Shown here: one piece after another, positions 10,292 to 19,371 of the stretch | Position numbering within the stretch: position 1 is the stretch's first letter | How the letters are laid out: each line of letters starts with the position of its first letter | From: Promethearchaeota archaeon | Lineage (GTDB): Archaea; Asgardarchaeota; Lokiarchaeia; Sigyniarchaeales; SOKP01 | DNA length: 36,905 nt | Assembly (NCBI GenBank): GCA_048938895.1 | Contig: JBHLLU010000025.1 | Span: forward strand, 25,510 to 62,414 | Direction: 5' to 3' | Position numbers and translations under genes: made by a program | The notes under the pieces: generated by a model | What the model was told of the DNA's origin: nothing | Database searches by the model: none | What the model saw: the letters and a program-made list of their open reading frames with translations, nothing else

Positions 10292-10990
10292 ATGATAATA
10301 ACTAAACAAAAGGATATTGAAGAAATATATGATATGGTAAAGCCTTATTCAAAAATCTTGGTTGCAGGGTGCGATGGTTGCTGTCAACCTCCGCGTTCTA
10401 TAAATGAAGCTAAACTTTTAGCACAAATGCTTGAATTGAAGGCAAGAAGTGAGGGAAAGGAATTAAAATGGAAAGCTATAACTGTTTTAAGACAGTGTGA
10501 TGACAGAATTGCGGCTACAACAATAAGACCTTTTATTGAAGAATATGATGCTATTGTTTCATTAGCGTGTGGTCTTGGGGTAGGAATGTTAAATAGAATA
10601 TTTCCTGCAATTCTCACTTTTCCTGCGCAAAATAGTATGTTTGGGGGCGCAGAAAATAATGGTGAGAATTATTTTGTTGAGTATTGTGAAACTTGTGGTG
10701 AATGTTTATTAGGAGTCACAGGAGGTATATGCCCTATGGCAGGATGTGCTAAAAACCTAAGTAACGGTCCATGCGGAGGGCAAGTCGAAGGGAAGTGTGA
10801 AGTAGGAGGATATATTCACGATTGTGCGTGGGTAAAAATCTGGGAGCGTTTAAAAAAGTTTAACAGGCTCGATCTTTTCACAGTTTATAGACCCCCTCGG
10901 AATTACCGATTATGGTCAAGTCCAAGATTTATACATATATATGAATCAATTTCTAATGAAGAAGAACAAAAAAAGGAGGAAAAGGTCTAA
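10292..10990 (+). CDS. metV: Methylene-tetrahydrofolate reductase Fe-S/Zn subunit MetV
   Basis: MIITKQK start, GCDGC, RQCD, LACGLG, and C-terminal CETCGEC.L..TGGICP...CAKNL.NGPCGG...GKCEV..DCAW (MTHFR_C); immediately before metF. Confidence 0.9.
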   Translation: MIITKQKDIEEIYDMVKPYSKILVAGCDGCCQPPRSINEAKLLAQMLELKARSEGKELKWKAITVLRQCDDRIAATTIRPFIEEYDAIVSLACGLGVGMLNRIFPAILTFPAQNSMFGGAENNGENYFVEYCETCGECLLGVTGGICPMAGCAKNLSNGPCGGQVEGKCEVGGYIHDCAWVKIWERLKKFNRLDLFTVYRPPRNYRLWSSPRFIHIYESISNEEEQKKEEKV

Positions 10991-10991
10991 A

Positions 10992-11924
10992 ATGACAAAC
11001 AGACCAGCTTTCAGTAATTTAGTAAAAACGATTAGAGAGGGTAAATTTGTTTTCACCGGTGAATTAGAACCAGAAAAGGATTTTGACTTAACGCATGTAC
11101 TTAAATCAGCAGAAGAAATGAAAAAAACTGGAAAAATAATTGCAGCGAATGTAACTGATGGTCCTCAAGGAGATGCTTATACTTGTTCCATGGTTCCTTG
11201 TTATTTAGTTCAAGAAAAGGTTGGATTAGAAGCGATTTGGCAAATGACTGTAAGAGATAGAAATAGAATTGCTTTATTTGGCGATATATTAGGTGGTTCA
11301 ATTCTTGGCCTTAAAAATTTACTAGCTTTGACCGGAGATCATTCTGCACTTGGTGATCATCAACAGGCTAGACCTGTATATGATCTAGATTCCACTCAAT
11401 TAATTGCATTAGTTTCAAAAATGGTTGATGAAGGAACAGATTTAGAAGGGAACGAAATTAAAGGAGGAAAACCTCAAATAAATGTGGGCTGTGCTGCAAA
11501 CCCAAATTCAAATCCAAGAGAACCCGAAATATTAAAAGTTGGCAGAAAGGTAGAAGTAGGTGCAGATTTCATTCAAACCCAAACATCATTTGATATAGAA
11601 GATGCTAAGGAATTTTTAAAAGAATTAGAAAGGTATAATACTCCTGTATTACTCGGATTATTCCCGATAAAAAATTATGGAATAGCGTGGTATTTTAATG
11701 AATATATTCCAGGAGTTTCAGTTCCTCAAGATTTTCTTAATGCTTTAAAAAAAGCTAAGAAGATTAAAGATAAACAGGAGAAATATACGGCGATTGACAA
11801 CATAAATCTTGAATTTTTTGAACCATTTATTAAAGAAATAAAAAAAACCACGAAAGCAGCGGGAATTCACTGCATGGCAGTACATTATGAGAGATTATTC
11901 GAGCCACTACTTAAAGATTTTTGA
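10992..11924 (+). CDS. metF: Methylene-tetrahydrofolate reductase catalytic subunit MetF
   Basis: FVFTGELEP, ANVTD, QMTVRDRNRIAL, NLLALTGDH, VYDLDS, GADFIQTQ, GIHCMA; ATG 10992 directly after the metV stop (ORF-track start 10941 overlaps metV). Confidence 0.93.
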   Translation: MTNRPAFSNLVKTIREGKFVFTGELEPEKDFDLTHVLKSAEEMKKTGKIIAANVTDGPQGDAYTCSMVPCYLVQEKVGLEAIWQMTVRDRNRIALFGDILGGSILGLKNLLALTGDHSALGDHQQARPVYDLDSTQLIALVSKMVDEGTDLEGNEIKGGKPQINVGCAANPNSNPREPEILKVGRKVEVGADFIQTQTSFDIEDAKEFLKELERYNTPVLLGLFPIKNYGIAWYFNEYIPGVSVPQDFLNALKKAKKIKDKQEKYTAIDNINLEFFEPFIKEIKKTTKAAGIHCMAVHYERLFEPLLKDF

Positions 11925-12012
11925 AAAATAGAAGCATTTTTTTAAATAAGATTATTTGTATTTTTATTTACAATTTTTTGAAGGGTAGAAAAAAGAAATG
12001 GGGGCAATAGTT

Positions 12013-12462
12013 ATGAAAAATCTTGATGAAAAAGATAAAAAGATTATTGAAATGTTGTTTGAAAACTCAAGAAGACCCTATCATGAAATTGCGGGTGAAG
12101 TAGGGTTGTCTGAATCAACTGTTAGGAAACGTGTAATTAAATTACAAGAAGGGGGGATAATAGAAAAATTTACTATAAAAATTTGCCGAGAAGATGAAAA
12201 ATGTATATATGCCTTCCTTACACTTATTCCAAAAAATGAATCAGAAATTAAAGAACTACTAAGAGAAACGGTAATTCTTCCTCAATGTGAGGAAGTATAT
12301 AAACTTGACGGCAGATGTGGAATTTTAATTAAAGTTAGTGTACCCGATACTAATGAGTTAGATGCTTTGTTAGAAATGTTTCGTTCTCGAACTGATATCG
12401 AAAGCGTAGAGAGAATTTGCATTGTCTTAAAGCCAATTAAAATCATTCCAAGTACTTTATAA
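12013..12462 (+). CDS. Lrp/AsnC family transcriptional regulator
   Basis: LDEKDKKIIEML..NSRRPYHEIAGEVGLSESTVRKRVIKLQEGGIIEKFT HTH plus AsnC-type effector domain; alternative start 11998. Confidence 0.92.
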   Translation: MKNLDEKDKKIIEMLFENSRRPYHEIAGEVGLSESTVRKRVIKLQEGGIIEKFTIKICREDEKCIYAFLTLIPKNESEIKELLRETVILPQCEEVYKLDGRCGILIKVSVPDTNELDALLEMFRSRTDIESVERICIVLKPIKIIPSTL

Positions 12463-12482
12463 CCATAATATTCAATGAAATA

Positions 12483-12511
12483 AGAGAAGAAAAAAATTCT
12501 TCTCTCTTTTT
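12483..12511 (+). terminator. Hairpin plus T-tract downstream of the Lrp gene, possible terminator
   Basis: AGAGAAGAA (12483-12491) and TTCTTCTCT (12497-12505) form a perfect 9-bp inverted repeat followed by CTTTTT. Confidence 0.45.
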
Positions 12512-12849
12512 AGAATTGAATGAAATTAGTGATCAAAAACATTCTTATTTTTAACAAGATCTATTTAAACTACTCGTTAAATTATTCTTTCTCTTGTAGA
12601 ATGAGATATAATATTATTAAATTAGTAATTATCGTTTCTGTTAAATCAAGAATGTATAGAAGATCGTTTGGATAAAGGTCGTAAACTAGTAACACTATGC
12701 TTAATATAATATTGATAATAAATACAGAGCTTAAAAGAATCTGAGCTTTTTTCATTTCATTCTATCGTGGCTAAAATTGCAAGTATTACTAATAATCTAC
12801 AAATTTATTTTAAAACATGTATAAAATCTGTAAATTATAAAGAATGAAA

Positions 12850-13176
12850 TTAATATGGATTTGTCCACTTCTCCAAAAATTGTAATAATGTATCCGAATC
12901 TCTTGATATTTCAATACTCTCTATAATCCCAACATTTCTTAATTTAAGTTCGGAATTGAAATAACATAATAACGCATGCAAGGGTTTCCCATGAAGGTGA
13001 ATATGTGGAAAATAAACATTTTTTAAAGAATTTAATCTTTTTACGACTTCTAATTCTATACCCATTTTTATCTCTTTGTTACATTTAGGACATCTAATAT
13101 TTTTTTCTACAGACTTTTTAATATGTTCATCATCCTTAATTCTACCATATACAACAACCAGGTTTTTCACATCCAA
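12850..13176 (-). CDS. Small putative Zn-binding protein (CxxC ... HxH ... H-x4-Y-x7-R module)
   Basis: IRCPKC..HIHLHGKPLHALLCYFNSELKLR; the module recurs at the N-terminus of 25831..26736; start uncertain. Confidence 0.75.
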   Translation of the reverse strand: MDVKNLVVVYGRIKDDEHIKKSVEKNIRCPKCNKEIKMGIELEVVKRLNSLKNVYFPHIHLHGKPLHALLCYFNSELKLRNVGIIESIEISRDSDTLLQFLEKWTNPY

Positions 13177-13223
13177 ATTATGATCATAATCACATTAAGT
13201 GTTCATATTATTTAAAAAAAAAA

Positions 13224-13460
13224 TTATGAAAGATCATTATCTAATTCTTTTAAAAAGTCTCTGCGATTTTTCTCTTCCTTAAATTCCTCAAACACATCCA
13301 TAAAGGATCCTAGATCGTCCAGAGATAAAAAATATTCATCATCAATTTCTTCAAGAATTTCTTTGGTATATGTTAAGTTACAATCTAAACATTCAATAAG
13401 ATCATCATATTCAAGAATATTTCTTGAATTACATCGAGGACATAGATGAGATGATTGCAT
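13224..13460 (-). CDS. Small Zn-ribbon protein with acidic C-terminal tail (paralog 1)
   Basis: CPRC-x13-CLDC; ungapped similarity to 13719..13964; start set at MQSSHL by alignment with the paralog. Confidence 0.8.
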   Translation of the reverse strand: MQSSHLCPRCNSRNILEYDDLIECLDCNLTYTKEILEEIDDEYFLSLDDLGSFMDVFEEFKEEKNRRDFLKELDNDLS

Positions 13461-13718
13461 TCTACCCAAGCATTGAACAAAAATGTAATAACTATTAATA
13501 TTCAAATCCCCTATATAAAGGTAATTAAAATAGTAATGTGAGATTTGAAGCCTAAAAACTTGAAAATTATAGGAAAATGTTTCAACCTACGAAAAAGTTA
13601 TCGGATTATGAAACTATTATTAAAATATTTGCAAATAGAATGGTTTTCATAGATCCTGTTTACTCCAAATACATATCATTAGTGGTAAATTTACAACTAC
13701 AATCTAAATTTCTAAAAG

Positions 13719-13964
13719 CTAATTTTCCTCATTAAGATCTTTCATTATGGAGTCAAATATTTTCTTGGTTTTTTCAGGCTCTTTTAATTCATCAAAATTT
13801 CCAAAGAAGTTATCCATTTCAGAAAATGCTAAAATATCCTTATCAGGTATTATTCCAATTTGATTTTTATCAAATTCTAATAAACAGTGTGGACATTCAA
13901 TTGAATCTGTGTATTCAATGACCTTTTTTGTCTTACATCGAGGACAATAATACTTTTTAACCAT
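13719..13964 (-). CDS. Small Zn-ribbon protein with acidic C-terminal tail (paralog 2)
   Basis: CPRC-x13-CPHC; ungapped similarity to 13224..13460; start set at MVKKYY. Confidence 0.8.
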   Translation of the reverse strand: MVKKYYCPRCKTKKVIEYTDSIECPHCLLEFDKNQIGIIPDKDILAFSEMDNFFGNFDELKEPEKTKKIFDSIMKDLNEEN

Positions 13965-14478
13965 ATCTCTTCTAAAACCATTAAAAAAGTATATGCTAAC
14001 TAATGATAAGTGCATCATACATATAAAACAATTGGTTATGAGATTGTTCATTTCACTCATACCATTAACAAAAGGTAGCTCTTTTTAAATAAAAATTTAA
14101 GCATTTGCTCTTTACGTTTTTCCTTTAAATATAACGAATGTTTATAATAAATATTGGCTTCAAAATTTCGATGTGAGGAAGATCAGAAAAGATTTTCCTT
14201 TCTAATCTTATATGCTTACAACGGTAAAGAAAACACAATGGATAAATTATACTTTTATTGGGAATGCTGTTCTAATCTACTTTCCCGTTATTACTGTAAA
14301 TTTACGATATCAAGTATCATTTTAAAAAAGTGGAATTAGTTGATACTTTCCTATTATTCATAATTATTTCTTATCAATTTTTTACTTAATATACTGAAAT
14401 TTTTTCTATTTTCTTCTATTTTTTCTTTAAATATATCGACTGAAATAGTATAGTAATTGTTACTTTAAGGTGAATTTT

Positions 14479-17079
14479 ATGCATAAAAAATTTGGAATCG
14501 TAATTATACTTGTTATTTGTACTTTATTTAGTGTTGTGATTACTTCTCAGAGTTGTTATCATACTAAAAATCTTCCTACTGAACATTACTCTAATAATGT
14601 GAATATGGCATCATTGAACAACTATAATAACCTTAATTCTATTTTTACAGATAAAATAGATGATTATAATGAATATGGATTTTTCCCTCAGATTTATGAA
14701 CCTTCATTACAAGCAACCTACTATGGGCTGTTCATATTAGATGCTATTGGAAAGTTAGAGAGGGTAAATAAAACGCAAATAACTGACTATATCATGAGTA
14801 CTTATGACTGGGAGACTAGATTATTTATGGATTCATATGCATATAGGTTTCTTGATACAGATTTTTCACGCTCAAGGATCTATCCTCTTACATCCTTACT
14901 TGAAGTTAATTGTTATGCGATCCTCTCCTTAGACCTATTAAACGCTCTGAATTTAATTGACTGTAGTGCCGCTATAAAATTCATAAAAAGTTGTTATAAT
15001 AATATTACCTCAGGATTTATAGGTCAACCATTTTCAAATGATTTACAATATTATGCAAAAATTTCTACCATGGATAACACATTTTATGCAATTAAAACTT
15101 TAGATTTGCTTCTGGATAGCTGGACGGGTTACACTCAAGAGAGAGATAATATTATCCAGTATATAAACGATTTACAAATAATAGACAATAGCAGTTGGGA
15201 ATATGGAGGATTTGCGAATGACAATGAAAATTATTTTTTCTCCCTTAAATTATATACTGATGTCCATATATTTTCTTCATATTATTGCTTTAAGAGTTTA
15301 GAATTATTAGGTATGGAAGAGAGTGTTAATTTCGGTAATTTCAATGAGTTCTTAGAGGAGCTTTATAATAGTGAAGAGAGTAGTTTTTATTATATGAAGG
15401 GATATGATCAATATAACATTGTTGCTACTGCTTTAGGGTTGAATCTCGCAAATTTTACCGATTTTATCTCCTATAACTGGAGCGCCACAGTTAATTTTAT
15501 ATTTGAACATAGAAATACATTAGGAATATGGGATGGTTCTAGTAATAAGGGATATCATGAACTAATAGATACATTTCAAATCATTAGAGCTTTAAAGGAT
15601 AGTAATATTATCTCGAGATTGTCTCTTACTGATACAAATCTAATAGCAGATGTTATAATCAATTATTTCTCAAGTAATTCTGGATTCTCTCTTATATCTA
15701 TGGATTATACAACACTGAATCTTTTCTATACTATAACTTCATCATTTGAATTATATGATAAACTCCCGGAATTAGATTTTCAAGAGATTTATTCTATGAT
15801 TTGTGATGTATATTATTATAATCCTCCATTATATCATGGATTTTGGGGAGTAACTCGACCAGAAATAGATGGAGAGACAATTCTTGGGTTTCGGTCTCTT
15901 CCTATTGAGTTTGAGACTATGGGACAGAAAATCAACTTTACAGAAGTTGAATATACTATTTCTCATAAATACACCTATTATGCCTTAGAAGTTTTAAAAA
16001 TCATGTTTAAACTTGACGATTTTGCTTTAACTTGTAACCTAAATAAATTGATGGATGATATTATATCTACTCAATTTTTAAACAACTCATATCCCGAATA
16101 CTATGGTGGATTTTCTTATATTTACCCATATAGTTCTCTATATGATGGGTTGTTAGTGAGAGATATTTATTTCGAATATTCATATTATGCAATAAAAGTC
16201 CTCGAACTACTTGCTGAACAATTGGATATTGGAGATCTTACATTTTTAGATTTTAATATTGATGCTTTGAACTCATATATAGAAAATAATATCGTAGAAA
16301 CTCCAGAATTACTTTACTTCAATCCAACATACACAAACAATATAGAGACGATATTAGAATATACATATTACATGATTTATACACTAAAGGCTATTGGGTT
16401 ATTTGATTTAAACATTCAAAAACTCAGAAATCTAATTGAATATAATCTCAATTACACAAATATTAAAAATCTCTATTTTAGTTTTAAGATTGCAGAAATT
16501 CTAGAATTTGATGTGGGATTTGAAATTGATAAAGTACAAAAACTAGTCACTTACATTTTTTCCCCAAGAATAAATGAGTATTATCTTACATCTCGCAGAG
16601 ATTTTATTGATCAAGAGATTTTTTTATGGATATGTGAAATGGCCTCAAGTCATAATCATAAAATCATTGCTCAGTACCCAGAACAAGTAATGCTGGGAAA
16701 CCATATAAACATTGACGCTTCGCTTTCCAATATTATTCTATCCTACTTTGATTACAATCTATCATTTATTTTTGAGAGTGCCCAGGTAGGGAATTATGAA
16801 TTTCAGAAAATAGGAAACAATGATTTTTCCCTAGATCTCCTGATACCTCAACATACAAATAATTATCCGAATGTAGTTGGCAAGATATATGCTCTTAACA
16901 ACAATATTAAATTAGCAGAAGTTAGTATAATGATAATTACATATTATCCTGAAAAAGTCTATCGAAATGAGATAAATAGTGCAATTGTGCTGTCAGTGTT
17001 ATTTATCATGATTCCTGGTGGAGTTATAATTTTCTCAGAAAAAAAACTAAAAAAAAGAGATCCTAATCTCACACTCTAA
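14479..17079 (+). CDS. Secreted, C-terminally membrane-anchored prenyltransferase/squalene-oxidase-repeat (alpha/alpha barrel) protein
   Basis: N-terminal KK+hydrophobic signal; repeated GGF/SGF ... TYY/TFYA/SYYA..L.LL units; C-terminal TM (AIVLSVLFIMIPGGVIIF) plus KKLKKR; AGGTGA RBS 5 nt before ATG 14479. Confidence 0.75.
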   Translation: MHKKFGIVIILVICTLFSVVITSQSCYHTKNLPTEHYSNNVNMASLNNYNNLNSIFTDKIDDYNEYGFFPQIYEPSLQATYYGLFILDAIGKLERVNKTQITDYIMSTYDWETRLFMDSYAYRFLDTDFSRSRIYPLTSLLEVNCYAILSLDLLNALNLIDCSAAIKFIKSCYNNITSGFIGQPFSNDLQYYAKISTMDNTFYAIKTLDLLLDSWTGYTQERDNIIQYINDLQIIDNSSWEYGGFANDNENYFFSLKLYTDVHIFSSYYCFKSLELLGMEESVNFGNFNEFLEELYNSEESSFYYMKGYDQYNIVATALGLNLANFTDFISYNWSATVNFIFEHRNTLGIWDGSSNKGYHELIDTFQIIRALKDSNIISRLSLTDTNLIADVIINYFSSNSGFSLISMDYTTLNLFYTITSSFELYDKLPELDFQEIYSMICDVYYYNPPLYHGFWGVTRPEIDGETILGFRSLPIEFETMGQKINFTEVEYTISHKYTYYALEVLKIMFKLDDFALTCNLNKLMDDIISTQFLNNSYPEYYGGFSYIYPYSSLYDGLLVRDIYFEYSYYAIKVLELLAEQLDIGDLTFLDFNIDALNSYIENNIVETPELLYFNPTYTNNIETILEYTYYMIYTLKAIGLFDLNIQKLRNLIEYNLNYTNIKNLYFSFKIAEILEFDVGFEIDKVQKLVTYIFSPRINEYYLTSRRDFIDQEIFLWICEMASSHNHKIIAQYPEQVMLGNHINIDASLSNIILSYFDYNLSFIFESAQVGNYEFQKIGNNDFSLDLLIPQHTNNYPNVVGKIYALNNNIKLAEVSIMIITYYPEKVYRNEINSAIVLSVLFIMIPGGVIIFSEKKLKKRDPNLTL

Positions 17080-17126
17080 TAAAAAAAAAATTTTAAAAAT
17101 GTTTTGTTTGTACTTAAACTTTATCT

Positions 17127-17459
17127 CTAGGGTGCTTTTAATCCTACGAATGGCATTGCTTCCACTAAATCATAAGCAATATCGATTTTATATCTAAAAC
17201 CCTCAATAGCAGAAGCTAATTTTAAAAGCCGATTAGATGCTATATCCATTGCTTCCTTAGTTTTTCCGGGTTGAACAACACCGATAGTAATACTGTGCAT
17301 CCCTTCCGATACTGGCCATACTGCGGATTGAATAATTGGTTTAGTGATCGATCGATCATCAGGAAACTCTTGCATTACTTCAAGGTAAATTTTTCCGACC
17401 TCTTCTGATTTACTTGGAGGCCACCAATGTTCTGTTACAATATACACTTCATTTTTCAC
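17127..17459 (-). CDS. Hypothetical protein, possibly ferredoxin-like dimeric alpha/beta barrel
   Basis: 110-aa ORF with alternating beta/alpha pattern; AGGTGA overlaps the first GTG, so the true start may be the second GTG. Confidence 0.7.
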   Translation of the reverse strand: MKNEVYIVTEHWWPPSKSEEVGKIYLEVMQEFPDDRSITKPIIQSAVWPVSEGMHSITIGVVQPGKTKEAMDIASNRLLKLASAIEGFRYKIDIAYDLVEAMPFVGLKAP

Positions 17460-17603
17460 CTAATTTTATTAAATTAAAAAATTGGATTCAAATAGACATA
17501 ATTATTAATTAGTATTTAACATTTTAGTCGAATAATAAAATCCAAAAAATCTCTCTAATATCAAGTTTAGTTACGACATTCTTAAGGAAAAAAATGAAAA
17601 GAA

Positions 17604-17822
17604 TTATTCTGTACAAAACTCATTTAAGAACAGTTTTCGATATTCTGGATGCCTTTTGTTAAATTTGATGCTCTCATTTCCATTGTAAATAAAATCACAG
17701 CTTAGAGAACTCGGAAACTCAGAAAACTGGATAACAACCTCCTTAAAATTTATAATCTCCTCTTTTTCAGGTTCATAATTTGGGAAAAAAATAAGTTTTT
17801 GCTCGATTGTATGAGAACTCAT
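17604..17822 (-). CDS. Microprotein with FIYxGxExIxFxxRHP..LxLxEF motif (paralog 1)
   Basis: Ungapped similarity to 18951..19151; TGTGA RBS-like motif 6 nt before ATG. Confidence 0.75.
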   Translation of the reverse strand: MSSHTIEQKLIFFPNYEPEKEEIINFKEVVIQFSEFPSSLSCDFIYNGNESIKFNKRHPEYRKLFLNEFCTE

Positions 17823-17999
17823 GATTTATCACATTCTATTGTTATCTATAATTATATCCTTAGTATCCTATTATAAAACCGATTGGAATAAAATTGAAGT
17901 TATTCCAATAATTTAGAATATAAGTGAGTTTTCTTTCTTGACTTGAAAAACAATCTGATATCCTGCATCATAGAAAATCCAGAATAATATAGTTTCTTT

Positions 18000-18812
18000 T
18001 TATTTTTTATACAAACCTAAGAAAATTATTATAAAAATAATGATATCGACAAATTCCACTATAATAATATATGAGGCAGTTTCACCGAGTAAATTTTGCA
18101 TAACCGGTCTAAATATATTCGATAACATATATAAAAAGAAACTGATTGTCAATATTCCCGGTTTAACAATTGTTAATCGATTAAGACTATATGCCATATA
18201 AAAAATGTAGACGATCCCTAATAAAGAAGGGATAAGAATTATGGGTAAAATCATTCCCATTATTATAAAGTTTGGCCCTAAAATAATTGCAATTGATTCG
18301 CTTATTATAATCACGCTAATCAATAGTTTTCTTAATCGATTCATATAATGCTTATCTTTTAATTTAGTAAAACGGTCCTCTAATCTAAAGAAAATTATCT
18401 CCATACCCAAGTATATTAAAGGAGCAACTTCAAAAATGATGATAAAAAATCGAAATTTTAAAAAGAGCAATACCACATTATCACTAAACGTAAAAAAAGT
18501 AAGATCCCATAGGAGATCTACGGCTTTTCCAAAAATAAGAATTAGAAAAAACATACCTAATAAAAAGGGAATATCAGATAGATACTGTGCCTCCTGTTTA
18601 AACCATTTTTGAAATAAATAAAATACTGTTATGGATAAGATCAAAATCCTGATTGATATTACCAAAAGGACTTCACTTGCACCATCGTATGATTGAAATG
18701 CCTGAATAATGGATGACCAATTAACCAAAAATAAAACTACAACTCCTATTATAGCACACGCAACAGAAATGAATAAGGTTAATTTATATTGTCCCTTTTT
18801 TGATAATTTCAT
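18000..18812 (-). CDS. Multi-pass membrane protein (~8 TM), function unknown
   Basis: About eight hydrophobic segments with short basic loops; no soluble output domain. Confidence 0.8.
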   Translation of the reverse strand: MKLSKKGQYKLTLFISVACAIIGVVVLFLVNWSSIIQAFQSYDGASEVLLVISIRILILSITVFYLFQKWFKQEAQYLSDIPFLLGMFFLILIFGKAVDLLWDLTFFTFSDNVVLLFLKFRFFIIIFEVAPLIYLGMEIIFFRLEDRFTKLKDKHYMNRLRKLLISVIIISESIAIILGPNFIIMGMILPIILIPSLLGIVYIFYMAYSLNRLTIVKPGILTISFFLYMLSNIFRPVMQNLLGETASYIIIVEFVDIIIFIIIFLGLYKK

Positions 18813-18950
18813 AACAAGTGGTTTAATTTCACATTTTTAAATTAAACCAAAAAAAAATTAAAGATAATTATTTCCTGTAGTAAGTTGCCAAAAAGGCATT
18901 TCTCGACCCAAAACGAAGATAACTTATATATCCATAAAATAAGGAGTAAA

Positions 18951-19151
18951 TTAATGACTCACAAATTCACTTAACATCAGATCTTGGAATATGGGATGTC
19001 TCTCTTTAAAAGGAATCTTTTCTTCACCACTGTAAATAAATTCTTCAGTAGAATGACTTGAAATATCATGAAAGGGTACAATTATTTGTTCCACAATCGA
19101 CTTGTGATCTGTTTCAACCATTTCTTCTATTGATTCTATTCCCATTTTCAT
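18951..19151 (-). CDS. Microprotein with FIYxGxExIxFxxRHP..LxLxEF motif (paralog 2)
   Basis: Ungapped similarity to 17604..17822. Confidence 0.75.
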   Translation of the reverse strand: MKMGIESIEEMVETDHKSIVEQIIVPFHDISSHSTEEFIYSGEEKIPFKERHPIFQDLMLSEFVSH

Positions 19152-19371
19152 TAACTCTTTTGCAAATCCTTATTTTAGATAGGTTAAGACAGAATATTTA
19201 GTTTCATATCAGAAACTTCTTGCGAAGTTCGTACTATAATGAAATTGTAAAACATCTTTCAATCTGAAATAATTAACACACGAAGAAGAAATCTATTTAG
19301 TACTATATTATTACTTTTACTTCTTTATAAAAAAGGAGTATGATATAAAATAGTTAGATTTAAAAAATACT

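Noticed and set aside
14154-14339. 61-aa TTG-start ORF
   Set aside because: No RBS, motif or paralog; lies in a divergent promoter region; probably spurious
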